Of a stretch of 55,663 nt of DNA, positions 9,056 through 19,846 are shown in pieces (within the stretch, counting starts at the first letter, position 1; each line of letters opens with the position of its first letter). The DNA is taken from contig CASDYZ010000032.1 of NCBI GenBank assembly GCA_949285325.1, forward strand, positions 1 through 55,663, given 5' to 3'. The stretch is from an uncultured bacterium. GTDB lineage: Bacteria; Bacillota_I; Bacilli_A; RFN20; CAG-826. A model generated the notes under the pieces. That model had not been told where the DNA came from, searched no databases, and saw only the letters and a program-made list of their open reading frames with translations. The translations under genes and the position numbers were made by a program.

Positions 9056-10456
9056 TTATCCAACACTACCATCCATATCTAATTTGATTAATTGGTTGAG
9101 TTCAACTGCATACTCCATAGGAAGCTCTTTTGTAAAAGGTTCAATAAATCCCATTACAATCATCTGAGTGGCGTCACCTTCATTTAATCCTCTCGACATT
9201 AAATAAAATAATTGTTCTTCATTTATTTTACTAATTGTCGCCTCGTGTTCGATATATGAAGAATTGTTATATACTTCATTTTTAGGAATAGTATCACTTT
9301 TAGATATATTATCTAAAATAAGGGTGTCACATTCGACGTGAGATTTGCTATTTAAAGCGTCTTTATTAATTCTAACAGTGCCTCGATAATTTACTATTCC
9401 GCCCTTGCGACAAATAGATTTAGATATAATGTTAGATGTTGTATTTGGTGCTTCATGAATCATCCTTGCCCCAGCGTCTTGTTCTTGCCCTTTGCTAGCG
9501 ACTGCGATAGATATACAAGTCCCTTTAGCCCCACTTCCTTTTAATACACAAGCTGGGTATTTCATATTTGCTTGAGAGCCTATATTGCCATCTATCCATT
9601 CCATTTGCCCATTTTCATAAACAAAAGCACGTTTAGTAACTAAATTAACGATATTATTAGACCAGTTTTGAACAGTGGAATATCGGCATTTTGCATTTTT
9701 CATGACAATGATTTCCACCACTGCGGCGTGAAGTGATTCTTTTGAATATATCGGGGCGGTGCATCCTTCAACATAATGGACATCCGCGCCTTCATCAACA
9801 ATAATTAAAGTTCTTTCAAATTGACCAGTTTTTTCGTTGTTAATTCTAAAATAACTTTGCAAAGGTTTATCCAATTTTGTGTTTTTTGGAACGTAAATAA
9901 AAGAGCCACCAGACCAAACTGCCCCATTTAATGCTGAAAATTTGTTATCGTAATAAGGTACGACGGTACCAAAAAATTTCTTAAATAAATCAGGATAAAG
10001 TTTAAGGGCCATGTCAGTAGAAAGAAATATGACGCCTTTTTCTTCTACTTCTTTAAGCATATTGTGATATACAACTTCAGACTCGTACTGGGTTGAAACG
10101 CCCGCTAAAAACTTTTGTTCAGCTTCAGGGATACCGAGTTTATCAAAAGTGTTTCTAATAGTTTGAGGTACTTCATCCCAAGATTGAACCTCCCTTTGAC
10201 TAGGACGGGTAAAATAAGTGTATGAATCATAATCAAGGTAGGATAAATTAACACCAAAATTTGGATTAGGCATATTTAAAAATGCATTTAAAGATTTAAG
10301 ACGATATTCTCTCATCCAATCAGGCTCGCCTTTAATAGATGATATTTCATTTACTACCTCGATAGATAAGCCTTTTCCAGTATTAAAAATAGATGTGTCT
10401 TTATCTTTAAAACCATATTTATATTCTTCATCTAATTTTAAATCTTCTTTTTTCAT
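9056..10456 (-). CDS. sufB: Fe-S cluster assembly scaffold SufB
   Basis: [25 protein letters not shown] and PMEYAVE motifs. Confidence 0.97.
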   Translation of the reverse strand: MKKEDLKLDEEYKYGFKDKDTSIFNTGKGLSIEVVNEISSIKGEPDWMREYRLKSLNAFLNMPNPNFGVNLSYLDYDSYTYFTRPSQREVQSWDEVPQTIRNTFDKLGIPEAEQKFLAGVSTQYESEVVYHNMLKEVEEKGVIFLSTDMALKLYPDLFKKFFGTVVPYYDNKFSALNGAVWSGGSFIYVPKNTKLDKPLQSYFRINNEKTGQFERTLIIVDEGADVHYVEGCTAPIYSKESLHAAVVEIIVMKNAKCRYSTVQNWSNNIVNLVTKRAFVYENGQMEWIDGNIGSQANMKYPACVLKGSGAKGTCISIAVASKGQEQDAGARMIHEAPNTTSNIISKSICRKGGIVNYRGTVRINKDALNSKSHVECDTLILDNISKSDTIPKNEVYNNSSYIEHEATISKINEEQLFYLMSRGLNEGDATQMIVMGFIEPFTKELPMEYAVELNQLIKLDMDGSVG

Positions 10457-10893
10457 TTATTATCGTCCTCAATAATTTTATTTGCCGCATTCCATCCGAT
10501 AGTCGCACATCTTATTCTTGCCGCCTGTTTTGAAGTATTAATAAAAGCTAGAGCTTCATCTAAAACTGATTCATCAAATGGTTGTTCATGAATCATTTTT
10601 ATATATTCATCAATAATATATAATGCTTGTTCTAAGGTTTTATCAATCAACAAATCGCACATGATATCAGTAGAAGCAGTCGATATAGCGCAAGCCCTTC
10701 CTTCAAAACATGCATCCACCACTATTTTATTATCTATTTTTAAATATACATCGATATCATCAATGCAGTTATCAGAATGCATGTGCAAAGTTTTATAAGC
10801 ATTGATATCATTTGGAAGTCTTTTATTATTTGGATGGGAATAATGATCCATAATAATTTGACGCATAATATCATTAGTCATTGAAATAGGCAT
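10453..10893 (-). CDS. sufU: SUF sulfur-transfer protein SufU
   Basis: IIMDHY, C-x-D, CAISTAS and RIRCAT motifs; position in the suf operon. Confidence 0.93.
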   Translation of the reverse strand: MPISMTNDIMRQIIMDHYSHPNNKRLPNDINAYKTLHMHSDNCIDDIDVYLKIDNKIVVDACFEGRACAISTASTDIMCDLLIDKTLEQALYIIDEYIKMIHEQPFDESVLDEALAFINTSKQAARIRCATIGWNAANKIIEDDNK

Positions 10894-12103
10894 CTAAAAA
10901 ATCACCACCTTTTTCTAAAGCATTTATAAATATATCTAGTTCTTCTTCATTTGTATAAAAATAAAGTGAGGCTCGACATGTCGCGGGGGTTTTTAAAAAA
11001 TCCACTAACATTTTAGCACAATGTTCTCCACTTCTAAGAGCGATTCCTTTTGAATTTAATAAAGTTGCTTCATCTTGAGCAAAAACTCCTTTTACATTAA
11101 AAGTAATTATTGCTCCTTCAGCGTCCTTGTTATAAACAATGACATTATCTAATTTAGAAATTTTATCTAGTGCGTATTGTTTTAAATATCTTTCTCTTTG
11201 TTCTATATTTTCCATGCCGATAGACATTAAATATTCAACTGCTTTACCTAAACCTATGACGCCTTCTAAATTAAGTGTACCAGCTTCAAATCTATATGGA
11301 GCGTCTAAATAAGATACATCTAAACAAGTGTTGAATGAAATATTGTTTCCTCCGCCATTTAAAAAAGAAGGAATAGAATTTAATAAACTATATTTTCCTA
11401 CTACTACTCCAATACCAGTAGGTCCACACATCTTATGCCCGGAAAAAGATAAAAAATCAATGTCGCTATCTTTAAAATCAATCTTTTTGTGTGGGACAGA
11501 TTGCGCACCATCTACTACAAAAAAAGCACCATAAGAATGAATTAATTTAGAAAATGATTTTAAATCTATTTCGTACCCTAAAACATTACCAATATGAGCG
11601 AGGGCAACAATTTTTGTCTTATGTGTCAATACGCTTTTTAAATTATCTAGAGTGATTCTTCCATTTATATCCAAAGGCACAAATTTAATGTTCGCACCTC
11701 TTAATTTAGCTATCTCAAACCACGGCAAGGAATTGGATGCGTGTTCAGCTTCACTTATTACAATTTCATCCCCTTTTGATAAATAAGTCATCCCTAATCC
11801 AAAAGCGAGCAAATTTATCGACATAGTCGTTCCAGAAGTAAAGACTACTTCATTAACTTCTGAATTTATAAATTTAGATATTAAAGTACGTGATTTTAAT
11901 ACTTCATTATCCATGTTGAAACATAAATCATAATCTCCACGATGGGAATTGCATGTTATATCTTTATAATATCTAACTACTTCATCTATGACGCACTGAG
12001 GTTTAAAAGTTGTTGAGGCATTATCTAAAAATACAAGTCTTTTACCTTGCATTTTTTTATTTTGAAGCATAGGAAAATCTTCTCTAATTTTATTCCAATC
12101 CAT
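10874..12103 (-). CDS. sufS: cysteine desulfurase SufS
   Basis: DGAQS, SGHKMCGPTG (PLP lysine) and RSGEHCA motifs. Confidence 0.95.
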   Translation of the reverse strand: MDWNKIREDFPMLQNKKMQGKRLVFLDNASTTFKPQCVIDEVVRYYKDITCNSHRGDYDLCFNMDNEVLKSRTLISKFINSEVNEVVFTSGTTMSINLLAFGLGMTYLSKGDEIVISEAEHASNSLPWFEIAKLRGANIKFVPLDINGRITLDNLKSVLTHKTKIVALAHIGNVLGYEIDLKSFSKLIHSYGAFFVVDGAQSVPHKKIDFKDSDIDFLSFSGHKMCGPTGIGVVVGKYSLLNSIPSFLNGGGNNISFNTCLDVSYLDAPYRFEAGTLNLEGVIGLGKAVEYLMSIGMENIEQRERYLKQYALDKISKLDNVIVYNKDAEGAIITFNVKGVFAQDEATLLNSKGIALRSGEHCAKMLVDFLKTPATCRASLYFYTNEEELDIFINALEKGGDFLDAYFND

Positions 12104-12875
12104 GTTCTAATTTCCTCTTTAAAATTCTATTAAGTTCTTCTTTGGTCTCATCTAATAAAAATCCAGAGAAAACCGGCTTTATATAACCGTAAGTAATAAG
12201 AGTTTTTGCCTCGAGTTCACTTAACCCACGAGAAGTCAAATAAAACAAGTATTCATCAGATATTTTTCCAACCGCGCCCGAATGGCTTGCTTCGATATCA
12301 TTTTCATCAATTTTTAGAATAGGTCTAGCAATAGTTTGAGCGGTTTCATCAAAGACAAGGCCTCTTACATTTTGTGACGATTTAGATTTTACACACCCAT
12401 TTTTTATGTGAGAAATTCCAATAAAACTAATTTTGGAACTATTTTTACAAACCCCATAACAATTGACTATACCAACAGTGTTTCTACAGTTATGATTGAC
12501 ATTAATTTCAAAATTTTTTATGTCGTTTTCAGTACTGACACTTGAGACAATAACATTAGTTTTTGCCCCGATTCCATTTAGATTAATATCTACATGTAAA
12601 TTGATTTCTTTTTCACAAAAATCTGCAAAATAAAGATTAAATAGAGCGTTTTCAGCTAAATTTATAACGATATGAGTAGATTTTATATTTTTATTTTTAC
12701 AAATTAAAGACAAATTGAAATTACTATCCTTCTCTAAATTAATCGTTAAATTTTCACAGCCCAAAAAATTATCGTCACACTCAAATAATTCATTTTTTGA
12801 ATCGACATTATAAAAGTGAGATAAATTACTTAAACTAATTAATTTTTGTGTTGGTTTATTCAACTCTTTATTCAT
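12090..12875 (-). CDS. sufD: SufD (short form)
   Basis: PILKIDENDIEASH and LFYLTSRGL motifs; lies between sufC and sufS. Confidence 0.88.
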   Translation of the reverse strand: MNKELNKPTQKLISLSNLSHFYNVDSKNELFECDDNFLGCENLTINLEKDSNFNLSLICKNKNIKSTHIVINLAENALFNLYFADFCEKEINLHVDINLNGIGAKTNVIVSSVSTENDIKNFEINVNHNCRNTVGIVNCYGVCKNSSKISFIGISHIKNGCVKSKSSQNVRGLVFDETAQTIARPILKIDENDIEASHSGAVGKISDEYLFYLTSRGLSELEAKTLITYGYIKPVFSGFLLDETKEELNRILKRKLEHGLE

Positions 12876-13704
12876 TTGTCTCTTCTTTCTTTGTCATATC
12901 TTTTACAGCACATGTCCCTAGTGATACATTGTTCGTTTTCACTTCGCCTTCTTTAAATTCTATGCCGTATTCTGATCTTATGAATTCATAACCTTCATTA
13001 TCTATTCTTTTAATGAGGGAAGTATCTCCTTCTAAAGCAATTTTACCATCGATTAAAACCGCACATTTACTCGGTCCAATTAAATCGAATAATCGTGCAT
13101 AATGCGATATTACAAGAATAGTTTTATGTTCACTTTTTTCTTTTAAAATACACTCAGAGACAACTTGTATGGCGTCGACATCTAAACCTGAATCAATTTC
13201 ATCTAACATTATGAAACCAGGATCTAACAAAAGCATTTGTAATATTTCATTTCTTTTTTTCTCTCCGCCAGAAAACCCTTCGTTAAGTCCTCTTTGAATC
13301 ATTTCAAAAGGCATTTTAACTTCTTTGAGTGCGCTGTCGAGCAATTTATAAAATTGATAAGTGGATAGAGGCTTTTCTCTTTTTGAATTAATTGTAGCTC
13401 TTAAAAAGTCGGAATTTGCTACTCCTGGTACTTCAACTGGATTTTGCATCGACAGAAAGATACCTAATTTAGCTCTTTCATCAACGTTTAAATTAGTGAT
13501 ATCAATGTCGTTATAAAATATTTTTCCTTTTGTAATCTTATATCGTGGATGTCCCATGATACTCATTAGTAATGTTGATTTACCATTGCCGTTTGGGCCA
13601 AATAAGGCGAGCACTTCTCCATCACAAATAGTGAGATTGACACCTTTTAATATTTCTTTCCCTTCAACTTCGACATGTAAATCTATGATTTTAATTTCAT
13701 TCAT
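12868..13704 (-). CDS. sufC: Fe-S assembly ATPase SufC
   Basis: GPNGNGKST, NEGFSGGEKKRNEILQ and LDEIDSGLD motifs. Confidence 0.96.
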   Translation of the reverse strand: MNEIKIIDLHVEVEGKEILKGVNLTICDGEVLALFGPNGNGKSTLLMSIMGHPRYKITKGKIFYNDIDITNLNVDERAKLGIFLSMQNPVEVPGVANSDFLRATINSKREKPLSTYQFYKLLDSALKEVKMPFEMIQRGLNEGFSGGEKKRNEILQMLLLDPGFIMLDEIDSGLDVDAIQVVSECILKEKSEHKTILVISHYARLFDLIGPSKCAVLIDGKIALEGDTSLIKRIDNEGYEFIRSEYGIEFKEGEVKTNNVSLGTCAVKDMTKKEETNE

Positions 13705-13835
13705 ACCATCACCTCTAGTGCTTATTTATTCTACAAAATGATACATTTTCTTTCAAATGATACGATAAAAAATGTAATTTGTGTTGAAAAAATGAATAAA
13801 AGTGCTGAGTTATTAGCCATTTTAATAAAATTTTA

Positions 13836-13864
13836 TTGCATTAAAAAATTGTAATATATAAAAT
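13836..13864 (+). promoter_or_regulatory. sigma-A type promoter of the lipoprotein pair
   Basis: TTGCAT-17 nt-TAAAAT, followed by an AAGGAGG RBS. Confidence 0.55.
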
Positions 13865-13898
13865 ATTAACGCTATATATTTTAAGGAGGCAGCAGAAA

Positions 13899-15707
13899 AT
13901 GAAAAAAGGCAAACTAGCTATTGGATTAGTTACTAGTTTCATTGGCGCACTTGCAATGGGTGCGTGTTCTAGCTCTGTAACTTCTAACGATGAGGCTATT
14001 GTTTCTATCAAAGGATACAATGGTGAAACTATCGATGTTATTACTAACGATGTTTACGAACAATATCGTTATACAGATGATGGCATTACTCGTTTCTATA
14101 ACTCAATTATGGAAGTATTAATTCGTTATCAATTCCAAGAAAATACAATTCCTGGAATTAAAACCTATAGCGAAATTGTTACAGACGCAGAAAACAATGT
14201 CAGAAGTGCAAAATCTGACGCTCGTGATACCGCCGAAACAAATAGTACTTCTTACGATGAAGAGTGGGAAGCATATCTTGAAACACAAGGCGTAGAAAAC
14301 GAGGAAGAGTTAAAAGAACTCTTTATTTACAACTTAGAGAAAGAAGAAATTGAAGATTGGTACGCTAACGAAAACGAAGATGCTTTAAAAGCAGAATATA
14401 TCGGTGTAAGCGATACTGGAGAAGCTGTTGAAAGCGATTCTAGTGCTGGACTACCATATCACATTCGTCACGTATTAGTTTCTACAAGCGGAGATGCTAC
14501 TGATTTTACTAGAAGCACTATCACCGCTGACGAAGCGAAAAAATTAGCGACAGTCGTCAAAGAATTTGTCGATGGTAAAATTTCATTTGGTCAAGTCGCA
14601 TATACAAGTTCTGATGACGATGGAAGCGCTAGCAACTACGGTGACGTCGGCATCATGGATTTAACGACTGAATTTGTCAATGAATTCAAATTAGGTATTT
14701 ATGCGTATGATGGCATCTTAAGTAGACAAAATAGAAACGCTACTATCAATAATGGTTTAGGATTAAATGATGAATTTAACGACTCAACTGTTGGTGACAC
14801 TATCGATTCTATCGGTTTAACTTATGTACCATATGCCGCATTTGAAGCAATTGGTGAATATGCCGAAGATGAAAAAGATGACGCTGGTTTAGTTGTTAAC
14901 GATGGCTATCAAGCTTCATATCCTCGTAATATTTATTGGAACAAATACATCAATTTACATAATCCATTCGTTATCTCTAATAACGCTTTAAATGAAAGTG
15001 ACATCAATGGACAAGGTGGTTCATATATCACTGTCACTGATGCAAGTGAAGGACATTCTGGATGGAGATATGTTGAAGGTGTTTGTGAAGATCAAAACCA
15101 AAGAGTGTTAACCGATGAACAAGGTCGCGTCATTATCGGCGTGAGAAGTGAACACGGTATCCACTTTATGATTATGCAAAAATCTATTTATGAATTCACC
15201 GCTGGTGGAGAAAATAGTCAAAACGTTTCATTAAGTGAATATTATACGACCGCTGTTCCAAGCGATGCTGATTACCCAGTCTATGTAAGTGGTGAAACAA
15301 GTACACCAAAAAATACTTATGTCAACTATTTGCATACTGATGATCAATCTATCTTAAAAGATAGAGCGACCGCGGTTAAAAATAAAATCGAAACATTCGA
15401 TTCAACTTATGAATATCGTTTATATGAATATTTTGTCGAACAAAATGTCATTACATTCAACGATACAAATGGAGTTAATTTAGGTGAAGAGATTCAAAAA
15501 ATGATCGATGCAAAACGCGAATATAACAAGTGGAGTGCACAAGATACATTAAATGATTCTTGGGTTGCTTATCTCGAAATGATTCAACGTCAAAACGAGA
15601 CGAGAACTGAACAGAGATTAATTCCTGAAACCTGCGCTATCGGATTTAAAAATGCGAGCACAGATTCTAGATTTGATGTAGGAGGAGAATGTTACTATGT
15701 CGAATAA
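13899..15707 (+). CDS. large acidic lipoprotein, PrsA-like foldase with interrupted parvulin domain
   Basis: Signal peptide ending MGAC; parvulin motifs HIRHVLV, SFGQVAYTSSDDDGSASNYGDVG, FVNEFK and a distant VRSEHGIHFM; near hit and yhaM like Bacillus prsA. Confidence 0.72.
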   Translation: MKKGKLAIGLVTSFIGALAMGACSSSVTSNDEAIVSIKGYNGETIDVITNDVYEQYRYTDDGITRFYNSIMEVLIRYQFQENTIPGIKTYSEIVTDAENNVRSAKSDARDTAETNSTSYDEEWEAYLETQGVENEEELKELFIYNLEKEEIEDWYANENEDALKAEYIGVSDTGEAVESDSSAGLPYHIRHVLVSTSGDATDFTRSTITADEAKKLATVVKEFVDGKISFGQVAYTSSDDDGSASNYGDVGIMDLTTEFVNEFKLGIYAYDGILSRQNRNATINNGLGLNDEFNDSTVGDTIDSIGLTYVPYAAFEAIGEYAEDEKDDAGLVVNDGYQASYPRNIYWNKYINLHNPFVISNNALNESDINGQGGSYITVTDASEGHSGWRYVEGVCEDQNQRVLTDEQGRVIIGVRSEHGIHFMIMQKSIYEFTAGGENSQNVSLSEYYTTAVPSDADYPVYVSGETSTPKNTYVNYLHTDDQSILKDRATAVKNKIETFDSTYEYRLYEYFVEQNVITFNDTNGVNLGEEIQKMIDAKREYNKWSAQDTLNDSWVAYLEMIQRQNETRTEQRLIPETCAIGFKNASTDSRFDVGGECYYVE

Positions 15708-17583
15708 AATTAAATTTGCAGCAATCGCCCTTTTAGGTACGCTCGGCCTCGCTGGCTGTTCTAGTGAAGTTGTTGCTAAACCAGGCGATTACGATGATCC
15801 AATCATCACGATTGGTGATTATGATGAAGAAATTTACAACAACATTATGAGTACTGTTTACGACGGTATTCGTGATGGTGATTTAGCTTCAAATATTTTA
15901 GATGATGTTTTATATCAATATTCCATCAGCGTGTTCGGTCGATACAACAAAGTTGTCAATGCCGACTCAACTGCTGCTACCTTAAAAGATGTCGTCTTTG
16001 ATATTAGAGAACATACCAATCCAGAAACTGGAGAAGTAAGCGGTGCTTCTATCGCAAGTGAATTTATTAAATCTCACAAAGCGTATTGGTCAACCGACAG
16101 CGATGATAATCGTATCAACGATGATGGTGAAGAACCTGTCGTTGTCGATGAAAATGCCGAACCTTCCCAAAGTGAATACGCTCGTGTACTTGCTAAATGG
16201 GAAACTATTGAAAATAGAATTAGTGAAACATTATACACCGATATTTCAAGTGGCAATTATTCAAATAGAAGCATCTTCCACGAAGAAAATTATTTGATGA
16301 CACTTAGAAATTCATTGAATAATGTTGCCAATCCTATGGTGCCTGCAGAAGTCGATGCCGGTTTAACAGAAAGTTTACTCTATCCTGACATTGAAGAAAC
16401 TCAAGTATTCGATGTCGTCGATGGTTATGGACCTCTTCTCCACCGCGAATATTATCAATCAAATTATGCGTTAGACGAAACCGAAAGCGCCAGTGACGCG
16501 AATACGTATATTGAAGATGAAATTATTCCAACTATCTATCGTTCATTGTTAGTTGAACAATATTTATTAGATGAAACATACAATACTTTAGGTAGAAGTT
16601 ATGCTCGTAAAGTAAATATCGTCGCCATCACTGACAATGAAAATTATTTAGATGCGGCTGACTATTTGATGACAACTTTCGTTGAAGAATATGTCAATGC
16701 TGAGCCAAACGCTACAAGTGTCAGTGAATCGACAAATAAAGTTGATCTCGACACCTTCAAAATGTTATCAAACGCTTGGAGAGGTATCGATTTAACTGAT
16801 GATGAAGCTGCTTTATTAGAAAATTCTAATGGCTTTATCGCTGTTGAAGGAGAGCCAGCTGGCACTGTCTCTTATTACCGTGGAACACAGTACGGTAACT
16901 TGATGGAAGATTATGAAAAGATCAATGCTGATCCAAATCTTACCGACACCACTATTGAAAATACATTTACAAATAATGGTGAGTATCCAGTTTCTACTGG
17001 TTTAGAAATTCAAACGAACGAAATTCGTTTAGAAAATTACACTACTAATGGTTGGTATATTAAAAATGGTGGTTTAACTGAATTACCTGAATCAATCCGT
17101 ACAAGATTATTTAATATCGCCGTGGCTAATGCTTTAACAGAAAGCGATGACCAAGAAGCGATTGACCAAGACAGATGGCAATATGAAAATGGTAGTTGGA
17201 CATATAATCCAAATAACGATATCAATTCATATGTTGCAAAAATCAATGGCAAATATTATTTAAAACGTGATACGAGTGAACAAGGTAGCACCGAAAACGA
17301 TATGCTCTTCTACGATCGTGATAGTTCAACATATTACATTATCCAAATTGAGGAAGCAGTCTCTAGTTCTAAATTAAGTAGAACAAGTGACAATCGTTAT
17401 GGCGCAACTCGTGGCGACGATGTCATGGAAGAAATTGTCAATGAAGTTGCAAAAATTATCGCAACTGGTGAATCTTATTCAACCCTTTCAACTGAATATT
17501 GGTTAGAACAAGCTTCCATCGTCTTCTATGACACAATCGTGTACGATTATTTCAAAGAAAATTATCCTGATTTATTCGATTAA
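15697..17583 (+). CDS. large acidic lipoprotein, possible degenerate PrsA paralogue
   Basis: LAGC lipobox; overlaps the upstream gene and has a GGAGG RBS; remote PrsA-like segments (YARKVNIV, GWYIKNGG, YYIIQIEE, WLEQASIVFYD). Confidence 0.55.
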   Translation: MSNKIKFAAIALLGTLGLAGCSSEVVAKPGDYDDPIITIGDYDEEIYNNIMSTVYDGIRDGDLASNILDDVLYQYSISVFGRYNKVVNADSTAATLKDVVFDIREHTNPETGEVSGASIASEFIKSHKAYWSTDSDDNRINDDGEEPVVVDENAEPSQSEYARVLAKWETIENRISETLYTDISSGNYSNRSIFHEENYLMTLRNSLNNVANPMVPAEVDAGLTESLLYPDIEETQVFDVVDGYGPLLHREYYQSNYALDETESASDANTYIEDEIIPTIYRSLLVEQYLLDETYNTLGRSYARKVNIVAITDNENYLDAADYLMTTFVEEYVNAEPNATSVSESTNKVDLDTFKMLSNAWRGIDLTDDEAALLENSNGFIAVEGEPAGTVSYYRGTQYGNLMEDYEKINADPNLTDTTIENTFTNNGEYPVSTGLEIQTNEIRLENYTTNGWYIKNGGLTELPESIRTRLFNIAVANALTESDDQEAIDQDRWQYENGSWTYNPNNDINSYVAKINGKYYLKRDTSEQGSTENDMLFYDRDSSTYYIIQIEEAVSSSKLSRTSDNRYGATRGDDVMEEIVNEVAKIIATGESYSTLSTEYWLEQASIVFYDTIVYDYFKENYPDLFD

Positions 17584-17602
17584 TATCAGTAAATAATTTA
17601 TT

Positions 17603-17635
17603 AAAACTCTGTGTGTAAAAACATGGAGTTTTTTT
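17603..17635 (+). terminator. intrinsic terminator
   Basis: AAAACTCTGTGT/ACATGGAGTTTT stem with G-U pairs, followed by a T run. Confidence 0.7.
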
Positions 17636-17699
17636 ATGTCAAAATAAATACCTCCACTATTAAATTGATATATAATATTTATTGAAAGAGGTAATTTAT

Positions 17700-18110
17700 A
17701 TGAATAATAATGATGTATTTTGTAAGATAGTAAATGGTGAAATACCTTGCTATAAATTGTATGAGGATGAATCAGTTCTCGCTTTTTTAGATATATCGCA
17801 AGTTACTAATGGCCACGCCTTAGTCATAAGCAAAAATCATTACGATAACTTTTTATCCACTCCACACGAAGTGATGCACAAAGTAATGGATGTCGCTCAA
17901 CGCATCGGGCAAGCCCAAATTAAAATGCTCGGCGCGAAAGGTGTGAATATATTATCTAATTGTTATGAGGCTGCCGGACAAAGCGTCTTCCACTTCCACG
18001 TTCACGTCATACCTAGATATGGTGAAAACGAAGGCTTAGTAATTGAAATGAAGTCTGGAAATGAGAATTTAAATCTACCAGCCTTGGCAAATAAAATTAA
18101 AATTGACTAA
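17700..18110 (+). CDS. hit: HIT family nucleotide hydrolase
   Basis: VFCKIVNGEIP, AGQSVFHFHVHVIPR histidine triad; ATG 17700 behind GAGGT. Confidence 0.93.
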   Translation: MNNNDVFCKIVNGEIPCYKLYEDESVLAFLDISQVTNGHALVISKNHYDNFLSTPHEVMHKVMDVAQRIGQAQIKMLGAKGVNILSNCYEAAGQSVFHFHVHVIPRYGENEGLVIEMKSGNENLNLPALANKIKID

Positions 18111-19046
18111 TTATTTAATTTTTGGTTTATAAAAACTTCTTCCGTCAAACGAAAATAATTTTTGAGTAAATTCTCCCTCGTTAACATTTTCGTACGCTTT
18201 ATTTAAACATACCATTTTACTATCGAGTGAATCGATTAAACTTAATAAAAGCGCTTCTTGAGTTAATGGTAATACGGGTGAACCAAATTCAAGCTGTCCG
18301 TGATGGGATAAAATCATATGTTCGAGTAAAGTTACAACTTCTCCTTTTATGCCAAGTGACGAGGCTGTTTCGTGTAAAATCGCCGACATTATAGAAATAT
18401 GGCCAACTAATTTTCCTTCTAACGAATATTGATATAAAATATCGCCTTCTAATTCGACGGTTTTACCGATATCGTGAAGTATAATTCCAGAAATTAATAA
18501 ATCTTCACTTACATCTTTATAAATCGAACATAAATAATGACCGATATCACACATCGTCGTCGTGTGAGTTAATAGACCATGTAAATAGTCATGATGTATA
18601 CTCACCGCGGCGGGATATGTATAAATCTTATCTCTATATTTATTTACAATAGTTTTTACAATTAATTGACACTGACTATTTTTTATTGAATCAATGTATC
18701 TATTAAATTTATCTTTTAACAAATTAAAATCAATTGGGGATGTTTTAACAAATCTTGAAGTATCTATCTCACTTGTCTCAACCTTATCAGCCCCTAATAC
18801 TTTCATCTGTAGACTATTTTTATAAGTTATAACTTCTCCATATACTTCGATGATGTTTCCAGCGGTAAAGATTTCTTCATCTTCACTAGATACTTCCCAC
18901 TTTTTAGCGTTGATTTGACCAGTGTTGTCACGTAGTTCTAAATTTAAATAAGATAAACCGTTATTAGTTACACCTTTAACTTTACTCGCGACGAGCACTT
19001 GCATTTTAATTTTTGTTCCATCCTTTAAAGAAGAAATTGTGTCCAT
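18111..19046 (-). CDS. yhaM: 3'-5' exoribonuclease YhaM (OB fold + HD domain)
   Basis: LRDNTGQINAKKW OB fold; PAAVSIHH, LHDIGK, GHI and SHHGQLEFGSP motifs. Confidence 0.92.
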   Translation of the reverse strand: MDTISSLKDGTKIKMQVLVASKVKGVTNNGLSYLNLELRDNTGQINAKKWEVSSEDEEIFTAGNIIEVYGEVITYKNSLQMKVLGADKVETSEIDTSRFVKTSPIDFNLLKDKFNRYIDSIKNSQCQLIVKTIVNKYRDKIYTYPAAVSIHHDYLHGLLTHTTTMCDIGHYLCSIYKDVSEDLLISGIILHDIGKTVELEGDILYQYSLEGKLVGHISIMSAILHETASSLGIKGEVVTLLEHMILSHHGQLEFGSPVLPLTQEALLLSLIDSLDSKMVCLNKAYENVNEGEFTQKLFSFDGRSFYKPKIK

Positions 19047-19846
19047 TATTCTTTGTCCTCCATAACTAATTTTATATCGTCAGTTTTATATCCTTTTTGT
19101 TTTAACTTAATAAATATTTTATCATTTAAACTTTCTATTTGTTCATCATTTGACTGATATCTAGTTTTCAATTTTAAATAATCTTTTTTAAGTTGAGATA
19201 TCTCAACACTTCTTTTAGGTTCACTGACAAATTTTAAGGCGTGATCGATGCTTTCGTGATTAAATCCTTGCCTTAATAAATAGGCGTAAATCTTTTCTTT
19301 TTTATTTTGATAAGTTAGCAATTTATATTTATCATTTAATTTCAATACTAAATCCTTAGCTTTTTTATTTTCTTTGGTTTGAGAAAAAGTAATTTTAGAT
19401 GTAATTTCATCAAAAATACCCTTATTATGCAAAGTATTCAATATTTTTTCTTTACCAAAACCTTTATCATTTAAATATGAAACATAATCGTTTGATAAAA
19501 GTTTATCGTCGATAAGATGTTGATTTTTTAATATTTTTATAATCTCATCAACTTGTATCTTATTTAGTTGTTTTTTGTTATATAAATATTCTCTAGCCTT
19601 CCATTCGCTCAGACGCTTTTTACTTAAAACTTTTTTTAAATCAGATAAACTAGATGAAATCGCGATTCTTTCTTTTAGTTTTTTATATTCGCGGTTAGAT
19701 AAGACTTTATTTTCATATAGATAGAAGGAAGAATATGTATCAACATCCATTGTTAATTTTTCATTATTTACTAAAACGACATTAACTTTATTTTTGAATT
19801 TAGAAACTTTTTTAATTTTCTTTTCACCAATATTTTTTGATGGCAC
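19046..19846 (-). CDS. recX: RecX family regulator
   Basis: LIDDKLL, GFGKEKI...L..KGI, YLLRQGF and LKQKGY repeats; GTG start at 19846 behind GGAGGT. Confidence 0.8.
   Translation of the reverse strand: MPSKNIGEKKIKKVSKFKNKVNVVLVNNEKLTMDVDTYSSFYLYENKVLSNREYKKLKERIAISSSLSDLKKVLSKKRLSEWKAREYLYNKKQLNKIQVDEIIKILKNQHLIDDKLLSNDYVSYLNDKGFGKEKILNTLHNKGIFDEITSKITFSQTKENKKAKDLVLKLNDKYKLLTYQNKKEKIYAYLLRQGFNHESIDHALKFVSEPKRSVEISQLKKDYLKLKTRYQSNDEQIESLNDKIFIKLKQKGYKTDDIKLVMEDKE

Noticed and set aside
13735-13763. AAATGATAC direct repeat upstream of sufC as a Fur/PerR/SufR site
   Set aside because: Poor match to known boxes in very AT-rich DNA
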